Shown here: in pieces, positions 1 through 8,058 of the stretch | Layout of the letters: every line of letters starts with the position of its first letter | How positions within the stretch are numbered: the first letter of the stretch is position 1 | The notes under the pieces: model-generated | Told to the model about the DNA's origin: nothing | Databases searched by the model: none | The model's input: only the letters and a program-made list of their open reading frames with translations | NCBI GenBank assembly: GCA_964574595.1 | Contig: CAZNOF010000003.1 | Span: 9,715-73,714 of the forward strand | Source: an uncultured Pseudomonadales bacterium | GTDB lineage: Bacteria; Patescibacteriota; Microgenomatia; UBA1400; PJMF01 | Direction of reading: 5' to 3' | DNA: 64,000 bases | Translations under genes and position numbers: made by a program

Positions 1-59
1 ACCTTGCCTAATCTCACGCGCAGCAGCTTTCTAACGAGCCGCTGACATGTAACCAAAAA

Positions 60-91
60 CCCTTTCCGATCTACATCGGGAGGGGTTTTTT
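60..91 (+). terminator. Rho-independent terminator (11-bp GC-rich stem CCCTTTCCGAT/ATCGGGAGGGG, loop CTAC, then TTTTTT)
   Basis: Inverted repeat followed by a T-run, read directly; it would terminate a + strand gene lying upstream of the window. Confidence 0.6.
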
Positions 92-174
92 ATTGCTTAT
101 TTGATATAATTCGGTTGATTATTCAATCTCAATTGTTGAGGTTAAATAATTGAACCTTAAAATCTGGGCTATAT

Positions 175-687
175 ATGGAGGAAACGACAATGCCTGGAAT
201 GCTTACGATTCTCGAAACCGGAACATTTGTCCGCAACCATTTTTCAGAAATGACATCACCGCTTTACGAAGCGCTGTTAGAAATCATCCTTGACCCTCGT
301 CTCTACAATTCTTTTCAGATTTTGTGGAGCCGATATTGTCAGTTAAAGGATGGCCGAAAACTGGTGCCCCTTGATGAACTGATCAATATTATCGAGTACA
401 AAGAGCTAAAGCTCCTCGATACCGGTATGCTGGCCGGCGAGATGCACATTGATCTGATGATGGAAGAGGGGGTGCATTTTGAAGTTTACTATGCACCTGA
501 TGCTCTGGGGCAGCCAACGAATAAGTTGGCGTTTCTCCTGAATGGAAACCGCTACTCAAACTTTGAAAAGGTGTTGAATGAACTCATCTCAGATGAATTC
601 GCTCAGTCACAATTTCCAAGTGGGTACGCGGCTTATCTGAAGAAAATTACTCGCCGCCGTCGCCATTGGTGGGAGTTCTGGCGATAA
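175..687 (+). CDS. hypothetical protein (170 aa, soluble)
   Basis: ATG-initiated ORF followed by the bidirectional terminator at 713-744; no recognisable motif. Confidence 0.45.
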   Translation: MEETTMPGMLTILETGTFVRNHFSEMTSPLYEALLEIILDPRLYNSFQILWSRYCQLKDGRKLVPLDELINIIEYKELKLLDTGMLAGEMHIDLMMEEGVHFEVYYAPDALGQPTNKLAFLLNGNRYSNFEKVLNELISDEFAQSQFPSGYAAYLKKITRRRRHWWEFWR

Positions 688-712
688 CTTCTTCTAGTCC
701 AGTTACAAACCA

Positions 713-744
713 AAATCCCCTCTTTTTTAAGGAGGGGATTTTTA
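713..744. terminator. Bidirectional rho-independent terminator (AATCCCCTC / GAGGGGATT stem, A-run before and T-run after)
   Basis: Perfect 9-bp inverted repeat between the convergent ORF 175-687 (+) and nrdJ (-); flanked by A and T tracts so it can function on either strand. Confidence 0.65.
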
Positions 745-764
745 TTGCAATTTAAAATTCTCGA

Positions 765-2963
765 TTAAATTGGACAGGCTCCGTTGTCACATTTCAAATG
801 TTCATAGTCAATGTCTTCCAAGAGTGATTCATCTGCTTCAATCTCTTGTAAGGCCTTCATGAATTCAGAAATGGTGACTGGCTGTTCTGGTTGGTATTCA
901 TACGCTGTACTGTCTTGCTGTGGCATGACTGAGCAGCATTTGACCAAGGATTGATACTTACGCACCATTTCAGCGTACTGTTTGTAAGACACCTTCTTTG
1001 GGTTGTACTTCAAGGTGTAAGAAACTTGGTTACCAGTATCTTCCATTGGTTTACCATCTTCCGTAACGCCCACGATCCAGTACTTCTCTAACAGCATTAA
1101 CCATTTGTACTGCTCTTCTGGAGTTGCCTCGGCGGCAGTGACTAACAAGTCACCCATGCCTAAACGACAGATCAGTGGCTGAGTTGGGAAACCTACAGCG
1201 GTAGAACCTTGGTAACTCTTCAACTCTTTAATTGGATAGCCTTTTTTCTGATACTTCTTCACCATTGGATCATCACTTCTGTATTGGACCCAGCGAATGT
1301 ACTCACGCATACTTGGTAAATGTGCACCTTCTGTCAAAGCAAACAGCTTTGAAATCGTGCCAGATGGCTTAATAGTAGTATTCGTGTGAGGCACGTTGGC
1401 ACCTAAGACTTTGGCGTAGGTGATTGATTCTTCAACGACAGCACGTTTGAATCGAGCCACGGTGTCCCAAAATGCTTGAGATTTCTTCTCGTCAATTAAA
1501 TCTCTAAATGAAAGACCAAATTGATTCCAAGCAAACTCGTGAATACCGGTCATTCCCACCCCAATTCGGTTGGTGCGTTTCACTTCTCGGTTGTAAAGAC
1601 AGTCCATTGTGTTGACGCGCATCAAGGCGCGAGTGGCGGCGCGGAAGGCTTCTTCTGCATCGTCGATAGTTGGTGCGTAGTAAGGCACTACGTCAGCAAT
1701 CACACAGTAGCCACCCAACATGTTCAATGAAATCTCACCACATGGGTTTGGAATCTGGGAATAGACTTTGGCACCAGCATTGCGTGCTAACTTGGCCAAC
1801 ATTTTCTCGGTTCTCGCCAGAGGTTTGTACTTGGTACTTTCGGCAAATTTGCCATCTTTGTACTCTTCATAGCCCTCGTCATTTTGGACAAGTTTGTGCT
1901 GGTTAATGAACCCTGGCTCACCAGTTCCGTCTTTGTATGAAGCTTCCATAATGGCTTCGAGAACTTTTTTAGAGTGATTGGTTTTTTGCTTCCAGAACTT
2001 GTCATCCACAGCTACGGAGTTGTTGGCACTCCATAAGAAACCACCGCGTTTAATATTAATGAAGTCAAAAATCTCTGGATCAGTCCAGTTTTTTGTAGCG
2101 ATACGAGCACTACGGCGCGCACCACCTACCAAGACACATTCTGCTAAGTAGTGATCAACAAAAATGGTTTGCTTCCAAGGAGACATGCAGGCACCCTTAA
2201 TGGTGGTCATTTTTTCAATCGCATTCATCAATGGTTTTGGACCAGAGGAAGGTCGATCTTGCATACCCTTAATTGGAGCACCTTTTGGTCGAACTTTAGA
2301 GAAGTTCAAAATCAAGACAGTGTCTTTATATTTTTTCTCGTAGGCCATGATCTCAACCATTTCCACGGCTTGTGCCCAACCTTCTCGGCTGTCTGGCACG
2401 TCAAACCAGGTTACGGTGTCATCATCACAGTCGCCATATTTGTGCTTGGCATCGCGAACACTTTCGTCAAAACCCCACACAAAATCTGGATGTGTGTCAT
2501 CAATCACACAGCGGACGTTTGGCATATAGTTCCAGTCCACAATACACATGTCATCATCGTATGGACGGCCCACACCGGAACCATTCATTAGCAGGTAGAA
2601 CAAAATATAGGAGGAGGAAGCCGTACTACAGTTGGTGAATACTTCCATGTTACGAGTTGGTTGAGATTCATCACCATGTTGTAGGTGACGACCAGACATT
2701 AACAGAGAACCGTTGGCAATATGCTTGCGTAAAACATCATACTCAGCTTGGCGCATTTTCTTATCCATTTTACCGAGCATGGAGTTACCTTTAGCCACCC
2801 GGTCAGCAACTTCAGCCCAGGTTTCAAATCGCTCTTCACCATCTTTTTCTACCACTTTTCTGAGGTAGGTGCGTTTTGCCACAGCCATACCCATTCCACC
2901 ATCAAGTTTACGATCCATGAACTTCATCTTCTTCTTCGGTAAAGCTGTTGCTGCTGCAGTCAT
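765..2963 (-). CDS. nrdJ: Adenosylcobalamin-dependent ribonucleotide reductase, class II (NrdJ)
   Basis: 732-aa ORF with the class II RNR active-site motif NPCGEISL and a C-terminal Cys pair (CDNGACPI). It lies 13 bp downstream of nrdR on the same strand. Confidence 0.9.
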   Translation of the reverse strand: MTAAATALPKKKMKFMDRKLDGGMGMAVAKRTYLRKVVEKDGEERFETWAEVADRVAKGNSMLGKMDKKMRQAEYDVLRKHIANGSLLMSGRHLQHGDESQPTRNMEVFTNCSTASSSYILFYLLMNGSGVGRPYDDDMCIVDWNYMPNVRCVIDDTHPDFVWGFDESVRDAKHKYGDCDDDTVTWFDVPDSREGWAQAVEMVEIMAYEKKYKDTVLILNFSKVRPKGAPIKGMQDRPSSGPKPLMNAIEKMTTIKGACMSPWKQTIFVDHYLAECVLVGGARRSARIATKNWTDPEIFDFINIKRGGFLWSANNSVAVDDKFWKQKTNHSKKVLEAIMEASYKDGTGEPGFINQHKLVQNDEGYEEYKDGKFAESTKYKPLARTEKMLAKLARNAGAKVYSQIPNPCGEISLNMLGGYCVIADVVPYYAPTIDDAEEAFRAATRALMRVNTMDCLYNREVKRTNRIGVGMTGIHEFAWNQFGLSFRDLIDEKKSQAFWDTVARFKRAVVEESITYAKVLGANVPHTNTTIKPSGTISKLFALTEGAHLPSMREYIRWVQYRSDDPMVKKYQKKGYPIKELKSYQGSTAVGFPTQPLICRLGMGDLLVTAAEATPEEQYKWLMLLEKYWIVGVTEDGKPMEDTGNQVSYTLKYNPKKVSYKQYAEMVRKYQSLVKCCSVMPQQDSTAYEYQPEQPVTISEFMKALQEIEADESLLEDIDYEHLKCDNGACPI

Positions 2964-2976
2964 AGTTCCCTTTCAA

Positions 2977-3450
2977 CTAATCTGATTCTTCAGTGTCTTG
3001 GTCTTGAGCCAGCCGGGCGATTTCTTGTTGGAAATCTTCGACGCTGGCGAAATCTCGATAGACACTCGCAAATAATAAATAAGATAACTTGTCGATTTTT
3101 TTCAATCTATTAATCACCAAGTTGCCCACTTCCCAACTCTTTACTTCTGTAGACGCTTTAATGCGGAGTTTTCGTTCCACATCGTCTAATAATTCATCGA
3201 TCTGTGTGATGGTGACTGGTCGTTTCCACGTCGCTTTCACAATTCCCCGTTTTAACTTTTCCCTACTAAACTGATCTCTTCGGCCATCTTTTTTAATAAT
3301 GATCAGGTCTACACCCTCAACCCGCTCATACGTCGTAAATCTTTTTTGACAGCCTTCACACATTCGACGGCGTCGGATGGTAGATTGATCGTCAGCGTCT
3401 CGACTATCTAAAACCACTGTCTGGCATTTAAAGCAATACGGACACTTCAT
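2977..3450 (-). CDS. nrdR: Transcriptional repressor NrdR (zinc ribbon plus ATP-cone)
   Basis: MKCPYCF...CEGCQKRFTTYERVE zinc-ribbon and ATP-cone signature. Start trimmed to the internal ATG at 3450, because the longer ORF (to 3513) would run through the upstream palindromic operator. Confidence 0.85.
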   Translation of the reverse strand: MKCPYCFKCQTVVLDSRDADDQSTIRRRRMCEGCQKRFTTYERVEGVDLIIIKKDGRRDQFSREKLKRGIVKATWKRPVTITQIDELLDDVERKLRIKASTEVKSWEVGNLVINRLKKIDKLSYLLFASVYRDFASVEDFQQEIARLAQDQDTEESD

Positions 3451-3502
3451 ATGTAACGAATACTCATCTCTACCACAACATCTAGTATGGGTTTCGCTTT
3501 CC

Positions 3503-3522
3503 AAATACAACATGTTGTATTT
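3503..3522. promoter_or_regulatory. Perfect 20-bp palindrome AAATACAACATGTTGTATTT upstream of nrdR (candidate NrdR-box-like operator)
   Basis: Perfect inverted repeat with ACA..TGT arms, 53 bp upstream of the nrdR start codon; placement is typical of NrdR autoregulatory boxes. Confidence 0.45.
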
Positions 3523-3606
3523 GCTTAGCGGGTAGTAAGAATGACACGATTGGGTGATTGGAACAATGGTCTTAAATAGATCAAAAGATATCAGTTTCCA
3601 CGAATT

Positions 3607-5058
3607 TTACTGTCTTCTCTGGAAGGCATCTTTGACTGTCATAAAGGGCACTGGACAGTGCCTGTCTCGACAGAAAGCCTGGTAATATTTGGTATCAATA
3701 TAGACGGAACTAGCCATGTAGCCAACCACAGCCAGAATTAAGCTTGCTTTCAGCAACCACTGTCCCCATTTTTGGTCAGCAAACAACACGCCCAACCCTG
3801 TTAAACCAAACACCCCACCTAAAACGGCCCGCAAAGAAGTGGCTTCGGGCAATGGATGTGTTGGATAGCGAACTAAGCCAAAATTGTTGATTATGGTGAC
3901 CCACAGCAACATCAAAACACCTAGCGGCAATGTGGCCTCCGTCACAATTTGACCTGCTGAAATTGCCAATACCGTAAACAAGGGAATTTTGTACCAACCC
4001 AGTAAATCCTGCTCTGCGCTAGTTGCCCAAATCGTAACCATCAAAATAAAGACTGTCAGCAATAAGAAGAGCTGGTGCTTTTTCATTTTCGTTTTTGGGA
4101 AGAGGAGGGGCGCCAAACCAAGCAATAAGATCAGGTAGTAACTCATGTCCAAGACAATGAAGTGGTGGAAACCGGGGCTTTGTAAAATGAACGCTGGATT
4201 ACTCCAACCCAACAATCGGTGAGACTGATAAGCAAATGCTGCCAGAAACTGATTCCAACCCAACATCGCCCCATAACCACCATAGATGATTGAGAAAAGA
4301 GCGATACTTGAAACAAAATAAACAGTAGCAGTCTTATACTCTTTCTGCAAAATATAATAGACAGTCAAAATTGGCACCGCGATTAATCCAGTAAATTTAG
4401 AAAGAGCTGCCAGTACTGAGAAAATAATTGGCCATGCCACCTGCTTTTTTTTGACGGCTAAATAAACCGCCAGTAACAAAAAAGGTGTAACAAGGTTTTC
4501 ACCTACCACCATTCTTTGGGCAAAAATCAAAATCGGACTAAAACTGATCAGAAATAAACTAAACACACCTGCCCAGTAGCCAAACCACTCCTTGGCTAAG
4601 GCATAGACTAGATAAAGCGTCATGCCGGCAAAAATCAGCATTGGCCAACGGAGCAAGCTAGAAGGTGGAATACTAGCAAAATGGTACCCCCAAGCCTCTA
4701 CCCAACTACCAATAATAAGCGGCAACACAAACGGATGATCAAACCAAGGCTTGATCATTTGAAACGTGTCTATTGCATTAAAGTTGGCATCCCCCAGCGT
4801 AATTTTTTGATCATTGTATGAAGCAGGGTACTCAAAACTAGACCAAGAAATTGGCACATGCTTTTCAATCAAACTTTGACCGGCAAAGACGTAGGCTAAC
4901 TCATCTCCATCACTTTGAAATGGAATGTAATCAATTTTCCAAGCTCTCAGCAGTAACGCGGCAACCAACAGAAAAGCTACGAGGAGTGACTGATAGTGAG
5001 TTTTGAGGAATGGGAAAGATTTCACGATGAATGGATCATAACAAATAAAAACCCCCAC
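3607..5058 (-). CDS. Integral membrane glycosyltransferase, GT-C fold (PMT/ArnT-like, GT39/GT83-type)
   Basis: 483 aa with more than 10 predicted TM helices and a DE motif (SDGDELAY) in the first extracytoplasmic loop, as in the Dol-P/Und-P-sugar dependent PMT/ArnT family. Confidence 0.5.
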   Translation of the reverse strand: MGVFICYDPFIVKSFPFLKTHYQSLLVAFLLVAALLLRAWKIDYIPFQSDGDELAYVFAGQSLIEKHVPISWSSFEYPASYNDQKITLGDANFNAIDTFQMIKPWFDHPFVLPLIIGSWVEAWGYHFASIPPSSLLRWPMLIFAGMTLYLVYALAKEWFGYWAGVFSLFLISFSPILIFAQRMVVGENLVTPFLLLAVYLAVKKKQVAWPIIFSVLAALSKFTGLIAVPILTVYYILQKEYKTATVYFVSSIALFSIIYGGYGAMLGWNQFLAAFAYQSHRLLGWSNPAFILQSPGFHHFIVLDMSYYLILLLGLAPLLFPKTKMKKHQLFLLLTVFILMVTIWATSAEQDLLGWYKIPLFTVLAISAGQIVTEATLPLGVLMLLWVTIINNFGLVRYPTHPLPEATSLRAVLGGVFGLTGLGVLFADQKWGQWLLKASLILAVVGYMASSVYIDTKYYQAFCRDRHCPVPFMTVKDAFQRRQ

Positions 5059-5080
5059 TGCACTGAGTACAGCGGGGATT
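5047..5080 (-). terminator. Rho-independent terminator on the minus strand (CCCCGCTGTAC/GTGCAGTGGGG stem then TTTTTATTT)
   Basis: Inverted repeat and T-run read on the reverse complement, immediately downstream of the 5110-5469 gene. Confidence 0.45.
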
Positions 5081-5109
5081 TGCTCTGCGGATCAGCTAAG
5101 GAAAGACCG

Positions 5110-5469
5110 TTACGCTTTTGACGTGACCGTTAAAGGATCAAATGTCGATCCAGTTCCCTCTGGCCAATACACGCTGGACTCAAAGCGCTTTTGCGTAGTG
5201 GTGTCTTCTGCAAATACTGCGAGCACATATTGGCGCACATTCGCCAATGCTTGTGCCTGACCCGGACTGAGTTCTGGGACCACAATTACTTCCCGCATCT
5301 TGCCGGATTCATCAGGAGCAATCATTCCAGCTAACACACATCCATGAGGAATGGGTTCAGCTATCTTGCTCCCAACAATCACGAAACCAAAACACTTTGC
5401 ATAATCCTTTTTCAGGAACTCTGGGTTGTAATACAAACCAATTCCGTACATTTTATGTACTCCAATCAC
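5110..5469 (-). CDS. hypothetical protein (119 aa)
   Basis: ORF bounded by a terminator; no recognisable motif. Confidence 0.4.
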   Translation of the reverse strand: MIGVHKMYGIGLYYNPEFLKKDYAKCFGFVIVGSKIAEPIPHGCVLAGMIAPDESGKMREVIVVPELSPGQAQALANVRQYVLAVFAEDTTTQKRFESSVYWPEGTGSTFDPLTVTSKA

Positions 5470-5564
5470 TAAGGAACTTGAGTTGTAGCAAGCGGCGGAA
5501 TTATAACAATTTTATTACGATTTATCAATCTTATAGGACTTTTGTGGTGATTTTGAGAGAAATG

Positions 5565-6122
5565 TTAGTTTTTGAGGGAGGTGGCGATAACGATGTTTTG
5601 ATCTAGGAGGGATTTAATTGCGGCTTGGTCTTTATCTGGAATTTGGTCCATGATTTTGTTGGTTTCTTTTTCGTTGTACTCAATGGCTCGTACAATCACG
5701 TTTTTGACAGATGAAGGAGCAGAATGTTGTTGGGCTTCTAAAGCAGCTTGCTCAAGATATTTCAAAGATTTCGTTAAAGTGCTGACTGCAAAGTCTTTTT
5801 TATTTTGTTGAAGTAATTGTGTGGCCATTTCCAGGCGTGCGTTGCTATATTGAATCTCTAAAAAGATTCTGTCTGTGTTACTGGCAGTTTCTAACTTCAT
5901 GCGATCAGCAGCCATTAAAGCTGGATAGAGCATGTGATCTGGCAAAATTTCACGATTAAAATAGAGTTCACGAGTACCGGTCGGTTTGTTACCGCTGGAG
6001 TTGACTTGTGTTGCCGTAGCAAGGGAGGTAAGTAAGATACCTACCGCGAACACAAAAGCTAATAAAGAGAGCGTCAGACGAGTCTTCATAATATTGGAGA
6101 GACAACTGTCTAGTATACTCAT
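5565..6122 (-). CDS. hypothetical secreted or membrane-anchored protein (N-terminal signal/TM, helical)
   Basis: N-terminal hydrophobic segment LTLSLLAFVFAVGILLTSLATA followed by a helical region. Confidence 0.4.
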   Translation of the reverse strand: MSILDSCLSNIMKTRLTLSLLAFVFAVGILLTSLATATQVNSSGNKPTGTRELYFNREILPDHMLYPALMAADRMKLETASNTDRIFLEIQYSNARLEMATQLLQQNKKDFAVSTLTKSLKYLEQAALEAQQHSAPSSVKNVIVRAIEYNEKETNKIMDQIPDKDQAAIKSLLDQNIVIATSLKN

Positions 6123-6145
6123 TTAAGGAGTAATAGTCAAGAAAA

Positions 6146-6853
6146 CTACCTTGTGTAGATCACTATAACCATCCCCCAAATAGCCTGGGAGAGGGCTAGC
6201 GCGTACAGATTTCTGTAGCGAGCAAACAGCAAGGCCTGACCTAATCCAAAGAAGAATAACAAGAAAAGTTGACTGACCACCGTTACACCCTCAAATCGCA
6301 GTAACGTATTTGGGATGTGGAATAACAAAAAGATGGTAGAAATCATCAACAGCTGATTCACAAAAGACCATTTTGCATACTTCTCTGTCACAATCACCAT
6401 CACCCAGCAGTAAAAAAACAAGGTTTCCCAGAACCCGGTCATCATTGCCAAGAAGAACTCCCACCAAAATTGATCAGACATAAACAGTGGGACGGCTTGA
6501 ATGGTCACGTGTTGATGAAAAAGTGAGGCCAACACGCCAGAAAATCCGAAGATACCTCCGACGGCTAGCCCTAAGAACAATCCTGGAAATAACCGCCCTA
6601 AAGAAAAGGTCTGCGCCATGGACTTGGACTTGGTCAGCGTCATGTATAACCAAACAGGTAATCCAAAAAAGATGGCTTTGCCAATTGTTTCATCAAACCA
6701 AATCGGAAATTTAAACAGACTTCTATAGATGACCCAAACAATAAACACTAAAACCAGTAATGGGATAAATGCAACGTGGGTGATAGATGAATAGGACGAA
6801 GTTGTGGGTCGTCTGTTCGAGCTTTTCGAGGTTTTAGTCTTTTTTAATGGCAT
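6146..6853 (-). CDS. CPBP-family (CAAX protease / Abi-like) intramembrane metalloprotease-like protein
   Basis: Polytopic membrane protein with FLLFH (FxxxH) and HIPN (HxxxN) motifs and a degenerate EExxxR motif (FWETLFF). Confidence 0.4.
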   Translation of the reverse strand: MPLKKTKTSKSSNRRPTTSSYSSITHVAFIPLLVLVFIVWVIYRSLFKFPIWFDETIGKAIFFGLPVWLYMTLTKSKSMAQTFSLGRLFPGLFLGLAVGGIFGFSGVLASLFHQHVTIQAVPLFMSDQFWWEFFLAMMTGFWETLFFYCWVMVIVTEKYAKWSFVNQLLMISTIFLLFHIPNTLLRFEGVTVVSQLFLLFFFGLGQALLFARYRNLYALALSQAIWGMVIVIYTR

Positions 6854-7463
6854 CTAGCACAATTTCAAGCGCTTGCTGTTGGTTCATGGAAAATGTATCT
6901 ATTACAATATCGTAGAGATCAGGTTTCCAAAAATCAATTGGGTCATTTGGTTTTGCCAGGCCTTTATCAATCACATACTCTTTCCATTGCTCTGAGTACA
7001 TTCGGGTCCATTTAGCAACGTTTTTCTCTTTTCTTTCATGAATATGTTGCTTTGCTTGATCTACATTGATCTGGTCACGATTGACAATTCGGTCAATTCT
7101 GACAGCGTCATCACTACAAGTCATCAGCACTTTTAAGGTACCTTTGACCCCTTGAGCCATAAAACCAGATAGCCAAGATTCAATAATCCAGTTTTCTTCT
7201 GTCTCTAACTTCTCTCTCATTCCAAAATCTACTTGTCGATCAAAATCATCGCTGTAAACACTTGCGTCGTGATGAACTGAGTTCTTTTGTGCGTCAAATA
7301 GTCCTTTTTCGGCTGCGTAGGCTCGCATAAACTCACCGCCACTAAAGCCTTTCCAACCGTGAAACTTCAATCTTTCTCTCAATAAGTTTAGTAAGGTTGT
7401 AGAACCACAACCTGGCAAACCAGAAATAGTAATGTTTTTGTAGATTGATTCAGTATCACCCAT
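6834..7463 (-). CDS. Archaeal-type cytidylate kinase family P-loop NMP kinase
   Basis: N-terminal ITISGLPGCGSTT P-loop followed by GFSGGEFMR, resembling archaeal CMP kinase (ITISGxPGSGKTT...SAGExFR). Confidence 0.5.
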   Translation of the reverse strand: MGDTESIYKNITISGLPGCGSTTLLNLLRERLKFHGWKGFSGGEFMRAYAAEKGLFDAQKNSVHHDASVYSDDFDRQVDFGMREKLETEENWIIESWLSGFMAQGVKGTLKVLMTCSDDAVRIDRIVNRDQINVDQAKQHIHERKEKNVAKWTRMYSEQWKEYVIDKGLAKPNDPIDFWKPDLYDIVIDTFSMNQQQALEIVLDAIKKD

Positions 7464-7471
7464 ATAGATCC

Positions 7472-7978
7472 TTATTTAGTACTTGCTTGACCCAGCATTT
7501 TACACCGAGTCATGCCATTCATCATATTAGCAATCATCTCAATTTTACGTTCTGCCTCACTCAGCACAATTCTTTTCTCGTTTCCTGGGAAATAATGAAA
7601 CAACTGATTTCTGCACTCTAGCCAGGTATTCCACATTTCGCGAGACAGTTCGGGACCACACATATGCGCTATTTCATCATATAACCACTCGTTGTCACGA
7701 TGAGAAGGACTAATATCTGGATTAATGGCCTTTCCGATTCGGAAACGCTTGTCAGTATAAGTTTGTTGATTAATCAATCCAATTTTTAAGAAGAAGTCCT
7801 TTAAAAAACCCTCATAGGCTTTGGCCATCGGAAAAACAATAAAAGAATAGTCAGCAAAGTTCGAGTTCATCCTCTCTTCACGGGCAAGTAGCTCTAATGA
7901 GGTGCGGACTAACTCTTTTTGCCACTGAGTGAGAGTCACATACCAATCTTGAGCATAGTATGAGCCAAAACGTTGCAT
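7472..7978 (-). CDS. hypothetical protein (168 aa), possible HEPN-like Rx4H motif (RNQLFH)
   Basis: Soluble helical protein; only weak motif evidence. First gene of an apparent 3-gene minus-strand operon (7978 down to 6146). Confidence 0.4.
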   Translation of the reverse strand: MQRFGSYYAQDWYVTLTQWQKELVRTSLELLAREERMNSNFADYSFIVFPMAKAYEGFLKDFFLKIGLINQQTYTDKRFRIGKAINPDISPSHRDNEWLYDEIAHMCGPELSREMWNTWLECRNQLFHYFPGNEKRIVLSEAERKIEMIANMMNGMTRCKMLGQASTK

Positions 7979-8058
7979 AAACCCTAGCTTTTAGTGGATA
8001 ATCACTCCACTATAAAACAGCCACATTAAAGCCACAAGAAGAGATATAATAAAATCTA

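Noticed and set aside
1521-2942. Multiple 60-146-aa ORFs antisense to, or in alternative frames of, nrdJ
   Set aside because: They lie entirely within a well-supported 732-aa class II RNR gene and have no motifs; treated as spurious.
7993-8001. DnaA-box-like AGTGGATAA at the minus-to-plus strand switch (possible oriC)
   Set aside because: Single imperfect box, no cluster of boxes, no dnaA/dnaN nearby; it more likely lies in an ordinary divergent promoter region.
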